Assembly: GCA_001643675.2 (NCBI GenBank)
Contig: LSRY02000002.1
Location: 2,418,001-2,482,000 of the forward strand
Direction of reading: 5' to 3'
DNA length: 64,000 nucleotides
From: Monocercomonoides exilis PA203
Taxonomy: Eukaryota > Protista > Preaxostyla
In this document: piece after piece, positions 48,101-60,100 of the stretch
Layout: the number at the start of each line of letters is the position of its first letter
Numbering within the stretch: position 1 is the stretch's first letter
The notes under the pieces: model-generated
What the model was told of the DNA's origin: nothing
Databases searched by the model: none
What the model saw: only the letters and a program-made list of their open reading frames with translations
Translations under genes and position numbers: made by a program

Positions 48101-51100
48101 GAGCTGCCAAATTCAAGTGTGTGCTTTGGATGAGAGAGAAGCACTTCATCCAGCGGATCAACATTAGGAGACAGTTCAGAAAAGAGTTCGTCTATTTCCT
48201 CATTTGATGAAATTTTGGTGCAATCCATAACATCCTTTCGCAAGTTATATTCATTTTCGAATTCAACATCCTTTTTCGACAATTTTTTATTCTTTTTCTT
48301 TAATTTTAACAGGCGATGTTCCATCTTTTTCTGAATGACGCTCTCCCTTTCGCGCATCTTCTTTAAGAATCTTTTAGACTCTTCCATCTGATCTTTTGAA
48401 TGTGATGTTTCCTTTGCGCTGCTTCCCGAAGCATCAACCACATACACTTTCCATCCCCATGTTGGCTCCAGATCACTTTTCACGTTGAACTTCAATTCCA
48501 CTCTGTTGATGTTGCTCAAAGTGAAGTCGCTCCAGTTGTATCTTCCAGCATCGCCTGAACAGGAATGCAGAACTGTCCCTTTCTCTGGATCGCAAAAGAG
48601 CAGTTCATCGTCAGCATCGGCTGTCTCACAGTTCTTGTCAAAGATAAAATGAAGGCCTGAGGCTCCAGGAATATGAACTTCACATGCGAAAGAGGAGTGG
48701 CCCTTGTATGGATGAGGAGAGGCTGCTATCTGCGTCTTGGAAAGGTCAAAGAAGTCGCCCCATGTTGGGGTGTTGTCTTTGAGAAGAAGCGAAGACGGTG
48801 TCATAAGCACCTTGTCAATCTTGGCTTTGTGCTGCATTTCCCCAATTCGAGTTCTGTAAAAGTCAACAAGAGATGGAGTTATGAATGAATTTGAAGAAAG
48901 GCTTGAAGCTGAACATAGAACTGTTTCTGTGAAAGCTTCAGATTTTAGCATTTCAAGTGAAAAGAATGACGAATCAGCATCAACCAATCCTTCAGCTATT
49001 GCGTTCCAATTATATATTGAAGAATTCAGATGCGCAACAATAAATCCAATCAAAGATTCATCTTTACCATGAATGTCATAATCTTCCAAATGTGATAATT
49101 GCGAAGAAAGACAGCACAACGTAGCAGCTGTTGGACATTTCCATCCATTCGTTTCTTCAGAATATTCCAATTTCTGTGAATCTTCACTTTGTGGAGCTTT
49201 TATACATTTTGATAGCAAAGTTTTAGCTTCATCACGAACCATCCTTACCATTTGCAGAGTTAATGCATGCAGAGCAGCCATTGGGCTTGCTAGTGAATCG
49301 AATGCAAGATTGCAGCTTTCTCTGATTGATGCGGGTTTTCTGAGCACTGACCAAGGAAGAACTACTAAGTGCTTGCTTAGCAGCCTTTTAATCGCTCCAG
49401 CAACCATTCCTCGATCCAATCCAGAAATGTATGAAGCAAAAGATGGAACAACAGCATCCACTTCTGAACTATTCGATCTGCACGAAGGGATGCTCAGCAA
49501 ATATGTAAAGAAGGTTAACGCAGAAATTGATCGAGACAATTCAGCTTCTGCTGCAAGAACTTCACGTGCAATGGATGGAACATTTTCTCGAATTCTTCTA
49601 AAAGAAACCTTCTTTTGAGGATCAATGGATAATTTCGAATCATCTTCGCCATGTGAAAACAAAGCGGCTGAATTTGTTTGTGAGAAAAACGTTTTATCTG
49701 TTGGATGCGAAAGAGCATCGCCATTCCCAACTTCATCTTTATTCACTTCTTTAAGAGCAGAAGAAGTTGATGATTTCTGTGCGAGCGCATTCAAATCTTC
49801 AACGGTCACTTCGTTTTTCCTTGCTTCAATTTCATCAATTTTAGAGTTATCGTCTTCATCCCAAGCAAGCATCCCACAATGATGTTTACAGCTTAAATGC
49901 GAATATACTCTGACACGGCTTGAATCCACCCAAAGAAGCTGTTGAGTTCCTTTTTCTTTCTCATCAATAAGAATAAACAGACGAGATTTATCTCCATTCA
50001 TTGATATGATTCTCGCTGGTCTTTCTTTTCCTTCTTTGTATTCTTCACCCTCTTCAAGTGAGTTGTCCTGAATCTGATAAACAGGCTCGTCTTTTCGTTG
50101 TGTGCCTGCCCCAGTCAAATCGGAAGAACGAGGATAATAAGCCACTAATTGTCCAATATTAAATGAAGTTGTTAAATTAGTCTTTGTCCCATCGCGATGG
50201 GCTATCCATCTTTCATGTGCTTCGCTAAATGTTTCTTTTTCATCGCTGCCCTCGTTCTCCTTCTCCTTTTGAATTTGAGGCACTTTCATTTGCATTAAGT
50301 TGCCTGGTTTCTTTGATTCCACATTTGATTGTTCAATCACTGCAGCATTTCTCTTCAAGCCTGCTTCGACTTGTTCGTTCCAAGATCGCATTGCACATTG
50401 ATATCCGAATGTGCCAGCAGAAAATTGAGTTCCTGTTAGGTCGCCGCTGAGAAGAGGAGGGAAATACGGAGTGGAGCAGCTCTTTTCTTGATCTTCAGTC
50501 AAAATTCCAGATGGAAAAGTATTCTTAATCTCCTTTTCTGCTCCTTCTTCGAAGATTCCTCCTTTTGGCACTGGAATTAAAAGAGGATTTGACAAACCTG
50601 TTTCTGAAGAACTTGCAATCTCATTGTCTGTTAGAGATCTTAGAATTGGGAATGCATCTGCATTTAATCTTTCAGCAGCTAGCATCGATTCAGTTGACGG
50701 AAGTTCAAACACAGCATCTTGGACGCCATCTTTCCTTTCAGCGTTTGATCCATCAACTCCATTCTCCTCTTCGTCTTTCAAAAGAAAAGCATATGGAGCA
50801 AAAACAGGTTGATTAAACAGCTTCTGTTGCTTTGCTTTTATTGTCGAATAATAAGCTCTGTCTTGAACGTCTACAAGCATTTCTGCCATTCTTTGAGGAT
50901 CATTTTTATCTGTTTCAGAAGAAGAATGCTGCTTTTGTGATATAATGCCTTTGATTTCTAATTCTCTCATTTTTTCTTTAATTTCACCAACAAGCTTGTC
51001 TTTCAAGGAGAAATGTTTATTCCTCTTTGTCATGTCTTTTTCTTTATCCTCACTGCACTTTTGTTCACCGTTAATCTCTTTTTGTTCTGAGCCTGTGATA

Positions 51101-54100
51101 ACTGTCCACATGGCATCCGCTTTGCACTTCCTTTTGTAATTGTTCATAACATTTGCTTCCTTTTTCTCAATCAATTCGTAAGGAAGAGATGCTCCAGCAA
51201 CTTGCAAATCTTTGGTGAGGTCAAGCTGAATACTTGTTTGTCTTCTTTCTGAAGGAAAAGAGCCTGACAATAAAGCAGTTGAGTCTTTTTGCGGAGAGGA
51301 AGAAATGCATAACTGAGAATTGGTTGACAATGTCTGCTCTTTCATAAATGGAAGATTTTCTCTATCATCAATAAGGGACTCAGCATCATAGGATGATTCA
51401 GAAGAATTATCTTCCGAATCAGAATTGGATGATGATAAAGAGCTTTCATCATCATCATCTTCGTCGTCATCATCATCGTCATCATCACTCTCGGATGTGC
51501 TTTCTTCTTCTTCGGATTCGTCTTCATCATCAGAAGATGCACCACCAAGCAATTTCTCGTTCTCGTTCCAAAATCGCCTGAATTTCTTATTATGTTGATG
51601 CTTGCTACTCTTTGAACATTTCCCTCCTGAACTTTGCTCGAATTCTGAGCGATTTTCATCTTCATCATCGCTCTTTTCTTCAATCTCACTGATCTCATCT
51701 TCTTCTTTCGCTCCTCCTAATCCCTTCATTATGCCAAAGTCCTCAAACATGCTCATGTCGATTGGCAAGCCTGCATCTTCAAACGCTGAAAAGGCGTCGC
51801 TCAAAAGTGAAGCAACCATTTCTGAGTCGGCATCAACTTCGCTCTGAAGCTGTTGAGCCTCTTTCAATTCCTTTTCAATTTCCATTGTCAAACTCTGAAA
51901 CTTCTCAAGTGAGCCTTTTTTGGAATTCTCTTCTCCTCTTTTAGGTTCTTCAGCATTATCTGCACCTTCTTTTTCTTCCGCTTGAATGCTTGAAGGAGTC
52001 TTTGTTTCGGATTCTTCTTTTTCTTCCTTCAAAGAATCGTCTTTCTTTTCATCAAAGCTTGATCTGCCAAACCTCAACGGAATTGATTCATTCTGAGCTG
52101 ATTTTGATTCCTGATCGCTTTCCACTTCAGTTGATCCAAAAGCTGCGATTGAGGAGCTTGGCGATGATTGTCTTCCAAACGAAATGTGAGTAAGAGGAGG
52201 CTGTGATACAAAAGTATGTGAAGATACAGCCGAATTTGTTCTACCAAATGCAACAGGTCCTGATTGAGTAATTGGGCAAGTGCTATCAGCATTAAACGAA
52301 TCGTTCGTTGAATGATTCTCCGAAAAGTGGAAGTCTGATTTCAAAGATGATTCAACGGATTGCTTTTCTTCAGATTTATGTGCCTTTGTCAACAAAAGAA
52401 GATTAAGTGCACGTTTTTTCGCGGCTTTTCGCTCCTTTGTGAGCAAAAGAAGGCTAAGTGCTCTCTTTTTATCACTTTTATGATTCTTCGTCAGCATAAG
52501 CAGATTAAGTGCTCGTTTTTTATCAGTTTTATGTGCCTTTGTTAATAAAAGAAGATCAAGAGCTTTCGCCATGTTCTTGTAATTCGTCTTGCTTATTCCT
52601 GATGAAGGTTTTGAATCTTGTGAAATCACTTTTTGTTCTCTGCAAGAAGTGCTAAATGGATTGCGTTGATGGAATGAATCCGTTGCACTCATATCTTTCA
52701 AATAAGAACGAGTCAAAGACAAAAGCAGCAGTGCACCCTTTTTCGCATTCCTCCTTTTAGAATCATCCTTATTTTGCATGCTTCTATCCTCTTTTTCAAC
52801 ATCTTTTGAAATTCTTTGATTTGATTCTGCTGTACAAATATTTGAAGGCTTTTCTGATGAATTGCGTTTGAAAACAGAAGTGTTATAAACTTCATTTGAA
52901 ATCTTGGCAGTTGATGAGGAGGTTGATTTGTCTTTTGCCATTGAAAAAGTGAGAAGAAGAAGCGAAACAGCTCCAAGTTTGCTTGACACTGTTGTCAGAT
53001 CGGGCTCACCACCTTTCCAAAATTCATCTTTCACTTCTGTCTCTTGTTTCTTAGAAGGAGAAAAGGCAGATGACTGATTTATTGCAGGCATTTGCGAATT
53101 AGAATCCAATTTGCTCCAGCTTTTGTGGGCAGCTTCAGAAGAAAGTGGAGAAGATTTACCGAGTAACCTGGAGACAGCAGAATCTGATTCAGGAAGCGAT
53201 GTCTGCAAAGGTTTTCCTCTTCCAATTTTTTTTGTTAAGATAAGAAGAAGCAAGGCCTTTGACATCTTTGACATTTCAGAAGAACTTCTTTCTCCACCAA
53301 TTGTAGATGAACAGAAAGGATTCAATAATTTTTTGGATTCATTCTTTTTGTGATTCATTGTCAGCAGCAGCAATGACAGTCCTTTATGAGAACTGCCACA
53401 ACTTGGAATGGCATTTGTTATCGAGCTCTTTGCCAAAGCAGATTTCTTAACGTTTTCTGAGTCTTTTGAGTGCATATTTAAAAGGAGAAGAGCTAATGCT
53501 TTGGCTTTTTGAGAGGGCTTGGCAGATAATCCTTCAATTTTTGAATCTTGAGAAGAACCTGAACGGAAAGGATTTGACAAACTTTTATGACCATTCATCG
53601 AATAATTGAGCAACAACAGACTCAACCCTCTACTCAATTTTTTAGCATTAACAACAGGATCAACTGATTCACTCAATTTCTTTGATTCGTTTTGCTTCAA
53701 AGCTGTTAGGATTGCAAGCGTGAGAGCTCTTTTATCTTTGATTTGATGTGATTTGAACTCTTCCTCAACAATTGGGCTTTTAATAGAGCTTTCATCTTCA
53801 ATCTTTTCATCAGCAGGCAAATGAATTTGATCAGCACATTTCAGCAAAAGAAGAGTAAGCGCTTTAGCTGTGGAATGATTTTTCTTCATTGGCTCCTTCA
53901 ATTTCAACTCTGGTTCATCGCTTTTGATGGATTGTTCTTCATCCGAAACGGAAGCGATAGCAGGCTGCTCAAATGCTTTACTCTCGCTTTCTTCTTTTAA
54001 TTCGACTTTTTCTTCTTCTTTTGTTTCTGATGATAATTCTTCGATTTCTGCTTCATCGCTTACCTTCTCTTCTTCATTTGTGCTCTTCCACAATCTTCCC

Positions 54101-57100
54101 ATAAAAGTAACCTGCTCTCCGTCTTTTACCAGTTTCATAGCGGTCTTCGTGCTAATGAAGAATGGCGGAAATATTTCCTGCGATGCTGAGATCCAGATAT
54201 AATCCCCAGGGCGTGGGATGTCATCGAGCAACTCTCTCTTATCCTTCTTTGTGTATGATGCCATCCCGGGAGGACCTGAGTATTTTTTGTGGCCAGAAAA
54301 GTTTGATTCGAGCTGCGATGCTGGATGCTCAAGCGGGTTGCAAAAGCATGGCCAGTCCTGGTGTTTACTTTTGCAGCAGTCACAAAATGCTTCACAACTT
54401 CTGATATTAACATCTTTTGAAGGGTTCAACGTTCTTGGAGGCATTGTCCTTGATAACGCAAATGATGGTCCGCCATAAGACGAAACTGGTAATTGTTGTT
54501 CCATATTCTTTTTCACAGAAACAGGCTTCAGCCTCTTCTTTTCGCTGTCTTGTGAGCCTTCTCCTTCAATTGCTCTCCGATGCCTGTGATCGTGGCATTT
54601 AACAAAGCACGAAATGCACAACCCTTCAGAGTCATGCAAGCCACAATGAAAACAGGAAATATACGATAGCTCAATGTATAATTTTGCCTGATGGCTAACA
54701 GGAACCATGCTGGTCATTCCAATTTCAGCAATTAAAGGCAGCATTTTAACTGAGACTGCAGATGAACGATCTTTGTCGTGACTTTTGCGCCCAGATGAAG
54801 AATGTTCAGATGCTGCAGAGGGCAGAGAAGAAACTGAAGGAGATGAAGGAGATATCGCAAATGGAATGCTTCCAGACCGATTTGCAAGTTCGCTCAACTG
54901 ACCGCTGGAGAGCAAATTCCACATGTAGCATGGAAGCAGCAAAGGATCTTCAGGCATTTTTGGCAGACGCGACTCCAGTTCTTCATTAAACACATAGGCA
55001 GGATGAATTCTCTCCTTTTTGCGGATTTGTTTCATCTTTTTTTCAAGAAAAGGCTTTGTAGGGTTGTTGATCAGTTCGTGGGGAGTAGCAAAAACGGAGC
55101 AAATACCTTCCTGTATGCACTGTACGGAACTCCACTCGCCCTGTGCTCCTTGTCTAAATTTTTGAAGTATTCCTTGCTCGTCCAGACCACTCTGCCTGTC
55201 GCGAATTCCGAGAGAGAATCCGAGAAAACTGGGTTGCACCTGAGATTCTATTGTGCATACGAACGGATATAACCCCTTTGATTTGTTCTTTGGCGACATA
55301 AATGGAGGCAAACCCAAAGAAGTTGATTGAGAAAATGGCCCAGAAGATGAAGAAGTAAGAGCGCCTCCCAACATATCAGTTGATGAAGTATTGGAATGCG
55401 AATTTTCGCGTTTTTCTGTTTCAGGCTCAATAAATGAATTTAAGAAAACGTGCTGAGCATCCTTTATTCTGAAAAGATATCGTTTACTAACCGAAGAATT
55501 CAAAATTATCTCAGCTTTTTCTTCATTCAATTTCATCACTCCTCCCTTTGGAATCCCTTCAACAACAGTTGGCCTGTTTAATCTAAAATACATTCTTTTG
55601 ATTATCTGATGCTCTTCCCCATTAAAATGCGTTGAAGTTGCATCATTTTCATTGCTTTTCATAGCATTCTTAGCTTTGTGATTGGGATAAAGCGCGACAA
55701 CTCTGCCTTCATCGATTTCGGTATAAATGAGGCAAGCATCTCTCGTTTCTGGGTCAAGCAAAGAAAGTGCATGACACAATGAGCGATTATCAACAGCTCC
55801 TGTGATTAGAATCTTGTCAAACGTAAACAAATCCTTTTCCATTGCTAAAAGAACAGACACAAACGGGAAGAAGTTCATAGGAAAGTCGCATTCCAAGCTG
55901 TCGTAGAGTGGCATTGACGCACAGCAGCATGGATTGGTATGGCAGCGGAGGCAAATCTCAGCTGTTTGCTTTTCTTTCTCTCTCTGCTCTCTTTTTTGAT
56001 TTCTGGTTGCCTCGGGCAATAGAGAAATTTGCACCTTCAATTTGTTCTGTTTGGATGCCTGAATCTTCTTCAAAAGTTGGAATTGGTCTGTGCTCATTGG
56101 CTGCATGACAATTCCTCCTGGTCGAACAAGCCTTGCAGCAGCAGCTGAAAGTGCATAGTTATCTCCGCTTACTATCAGCACACGGTCTCCTGCAGACAGT
56201 GACAGAGAATGAATGAACGACATCACCAAATATGGAGGAAAGAAAAGTGATTTACCCATAAAATCTTTCATAAGTCTTGCAACGTGAGAATAATGTGGCA
56301 GACTCCGCATTGGAACCTGGTTGGGTGCAAACTCAATGGATGACCAACCTTTCTTCCAATCATCAATATGATCTGCAATTGTTGTTCGCAGGTAACTTTT
56401 AACCGTTTCCTGAACGATACGCAAAGGCAGAGGGGATAATGCAGGATAAATAGTCGAAAAGCAGCTTATTTTTGCATATTTCGAATCGGATAAGGCGGAG
56501 AATGGAGACAAAAGAAGATGCTCATCAGTCGGAGAAGGTAGGTGTTGATTTACCAGATTTGGCGGAATCAAAAGATTTGCATTTTGCGCAAATGTCTCGT
56601 TGGCCTTGCCTGAAGAAGCAGTTTTTTGAATGGTAGAAATAAGTCGTTCTTCTTTGTCTCTTTCTGCCTGCATCAGAGGCAGCATCTTCTTTGAACTTTC
56701 AATCAGCTGTGTGGCCTGCTCTTTGCTCGACATCCAGAAGGCATTTCGGCGCATTCTCTCAAACTTTGTGGAAGGAGGAACATTTAGAAAGCTTTCTATT
56801 GCATCTTTGGATAAAAAGCAGGGAAGCACACTCCATTCGCACCCAAGTGAATCAAACTCTCGTTGCTTAAATGAAAGATTGTAAGGAGCTTGCAAATGCT
56901 CTTGTACGTTTGTTGACTTCTTTGATTCTTTTGTCTTTCTCTTCTTTTTCTGTTTGAGATCGTCTTCTGCCCACAAAAGATTTGGGTCAACTACCAAAGA
57001 TGGATGTTTTACTTCGGAGTAATCAATTATTCTCGATCTGTCCCATCCATCTTCGTCTTCGTTCTTCTCTTCATCGCTTTGATGAGCACTTGACACAATG

Positions 57101-60100
57101 GCAACTCCATCTGCATTGGAAATAGGCCCCACGCCGCTTTCTCCAGTACTTCCACTTTCCAGTGTCATTGAAGAAGTGCCTCGTTCTGGCTGTGATAAGC
57201 CTTTCTTTTTTAAGTCATTGTCGACAGGACAGAACAGTTTTCTTTCATTCGGAATCCACTGCATAAGTGTCTTCAGCCCATTAATGGGGAATCGAGCAAC
57301 AGAAGACTTTTTGCAGTGGAGTAGGCAAGTCAGGGGTTCTTTGCCTGAAGACAGTGCCAATCCAACAGCTTTCAGCTCCAGACGACTGACCAAAGCAAAA
57401 AAGGCACTCAAAGCCTCGCTTTTAATCAGTTTCATCCTTCGTTTTTCTTTTGCGACTTCTTTCTTCCTTTCTGCACGTATCTGTTTTTTCTCTGCTTTGC
57501 TAAGTTTGCCTTCGTGTGTTCGCTTCTTCTTCTTCTTCTTTATTGGTGGCGGTAAATGAGACATTGGCATATCTTCTTCGTCTGAATACTCCTCATCATC
57601 ATAAGGACCATCATCATAAAATAGATTCGAATGTTGTGGTACCGCTGCAGCTGAAGCATCATCCTTCTTCTCGCTGTCATCACTCAGTGAGTCAACCAGA
57701 CTGCTGCTGTCTGACTCATCATCATCGGGGAAACGACATGAACATTCGAACGAATCGAATATTCTGCCTTTTGAGCCACATTCCTCACAGATAAACTGAT
57801 CCATTGCTGAATCGTCAATAATTTGTGATCTGCTTTTCAAAAATGCTCCGCATGCGCACTTGGCAATACCCAGCGTATAGCACCGTCTGCAGAAACAGAA
57901 GCAAACTGTTGTCACGACATCAAAGAATGAAGATGAAGATTCCCAAAGAGAAAGATATTTATCAACGAAAACTGAGGAAGACGTAGAGGAAGACGAAGCT
58001 GACGATGATGCTTGAGAAGACTGGTCAACAACAGGGCGGATCGTTGTGATGGCAGAAGACACACCACCGACTGGGTCGAAGTCTTCGAAGTCAACAATTG
58101 GTTCGTCTTCATATTGCGGATGCATCGGCATTGCTGCTCTCTTCCGCGAAGCTTTCAGAGCTTCCAAACGCTGAACTTCTGAACTTAATCGTTTTGAAAT
58201 ATCGTTCAAGCCTTCGGAACTGCTCTCGTCTTCATCAGACTCGTCTGCCTCATTTGCTTTGTTTTTGCTAGAGCCTTCTTCTCCTTTCTCTTTTTTGAAT
58301 GTTTCTGTTGCTTCTTTCTTCTTTTTGTTAATTTTCATTACTGAATCATTCTTTCCATCAATGAAACTTGGCAGCTGTGCTTCATCAATAATAACGTTAT
58401 CAATATCGTTTTTAGAAAGCATGTATGCTAAATCATTCTGAACTGTTGTTTCATTAAATTTATCTATCATTTGATTCAGCTTCAGCGCAGATTCTGGAAT
58501 GTCAGCCAAAGAAGAATTGAATGCACTTCTCAGAAATGAAATGAGCGGATACATAGAAAATACTCCTTTCGTTGTTGAAAAGTCTGAAGAATGCGAATGA
58601 GAAAGACAATCGGTGGCAAGTTCCGAAATCAGTGAACGAATAATAAGGTTTGCGTGTGACAAAACCAAAAGTGCAGTCAGCATCATTGGATGCTCCATCG
58701 ACTCTTTTCCATTTTGCAACATGTGCCTGTTCAAATCATTCTGCTTTTCATATTGCTTTGTAATGGCTCCTATCATATCTGACAATTTCTCCATTTCATT
58801 TTCAGAATGAGTTGAATCATGGCAAACTGACTGATAGCAAAATAGATTGAGCGCAATGGGCCAATTTGAAGAACATGTTGAATTTTCGTTCTCTAACTTG
58901 TTAGCAGCGCATTCTGCATCGCAACAATTATTTCCTTTCTCCTCATTGGTTACATCTTTAGACTGAACTTTGCAGTTCAAATCTAATCCAGCTTTATAAT
59001 CTGTTTGTTTAACAGCAACGTTCTGGTGATTCAGCTGATGTTCACTCACTCCTTCAGAATGCGGTGAGACAGAATCTGCTTTCAGCAAAGTCAAAGCAGA
59101 AAGTGATTGAACAATTTCATGAATACGAGCAATCTGCAAATTTTGACAAGATGAATCTGTAAAAGAGATTTCTTTATCATCTTCTTCGTTTTCATATGAA
59201 ATGGATAGCCATGAAAAGGCATCTGAAATTCGTGTTGGCAATTCTAATATATTGCCTTTCACGTTAGAAGACAAGAAAGATGACCAATTCAATTCACCTT
59301 CTCCGGCTTTATTTTTAATTATGCTTTTAATCAAATAAGAAACTTTTTGCTGTATATTTCGTAAGCTGCTTGCTGAGTGGCATCGAAAAGGTACAGCAAA
59401 GAAGCGAATAACAGATGCAATAAAAACGCAAAGTCTTCGTTCCATTTCTGGTTCAAAAGAAGAAGACGCACGTTGTGCTAATGATTTGGATTGTGATGGT
59501 TCATCTGATGGAGAGTCAGAAGTATACAAAGAAGGATAAGGGGATGATTCGGGGGATGGAGTTTCGGAGAAAGGACTTTTAACAGCAAATTCCAAAATTG
59601 AAGGTTCAGGCTTAATAATCGACGCAGACGAGCAACTAATATTTTGTTCATCGGATCGATTCCAACCTGTTCTGTTCTTCTGTAAACATTGTTTCAGATG
59701 ATGTACCCATTCAACACCAACAGTTAGTGTGGCTTCATCCAGTTGATCTCCTCCAATCATCGAGTGAAAGGCTCCTGACTTCGCATCCAGTAGAATTGAT
59801 GGATCTCCCTTTGGTAGCATCAGAAATGGTGAAATCACAGAAAACAGTTCTTCGGAGGAAGACAAATACTTCGTTGGATTAGCTGCAGTTTGCAGTGACT
59901 CATTTCGTGAAAGCAGCAAGTATGGTACAGAGTCTGCAGCTAACTTCTTAATAAGAGGCGATGAAGGCTCCATGACAAGTTTTGCCAAAGAAGAGAAATT
60001 GTGTGTGAGTGTTTCTGTGCTGTTCATTAACCGAACACAGAGGATCAGAAAATAGAATGCATGGTCGTCTTTTGTTGATGACAATGATGAAGATTGCTGT

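Noticed and set aside
52372-52572. CRISPR-like repeat-spacer pattern
   Set aside because: In-frame coding tandem repeat with no unique spacers and no cas genes, in a eukaryotic context.
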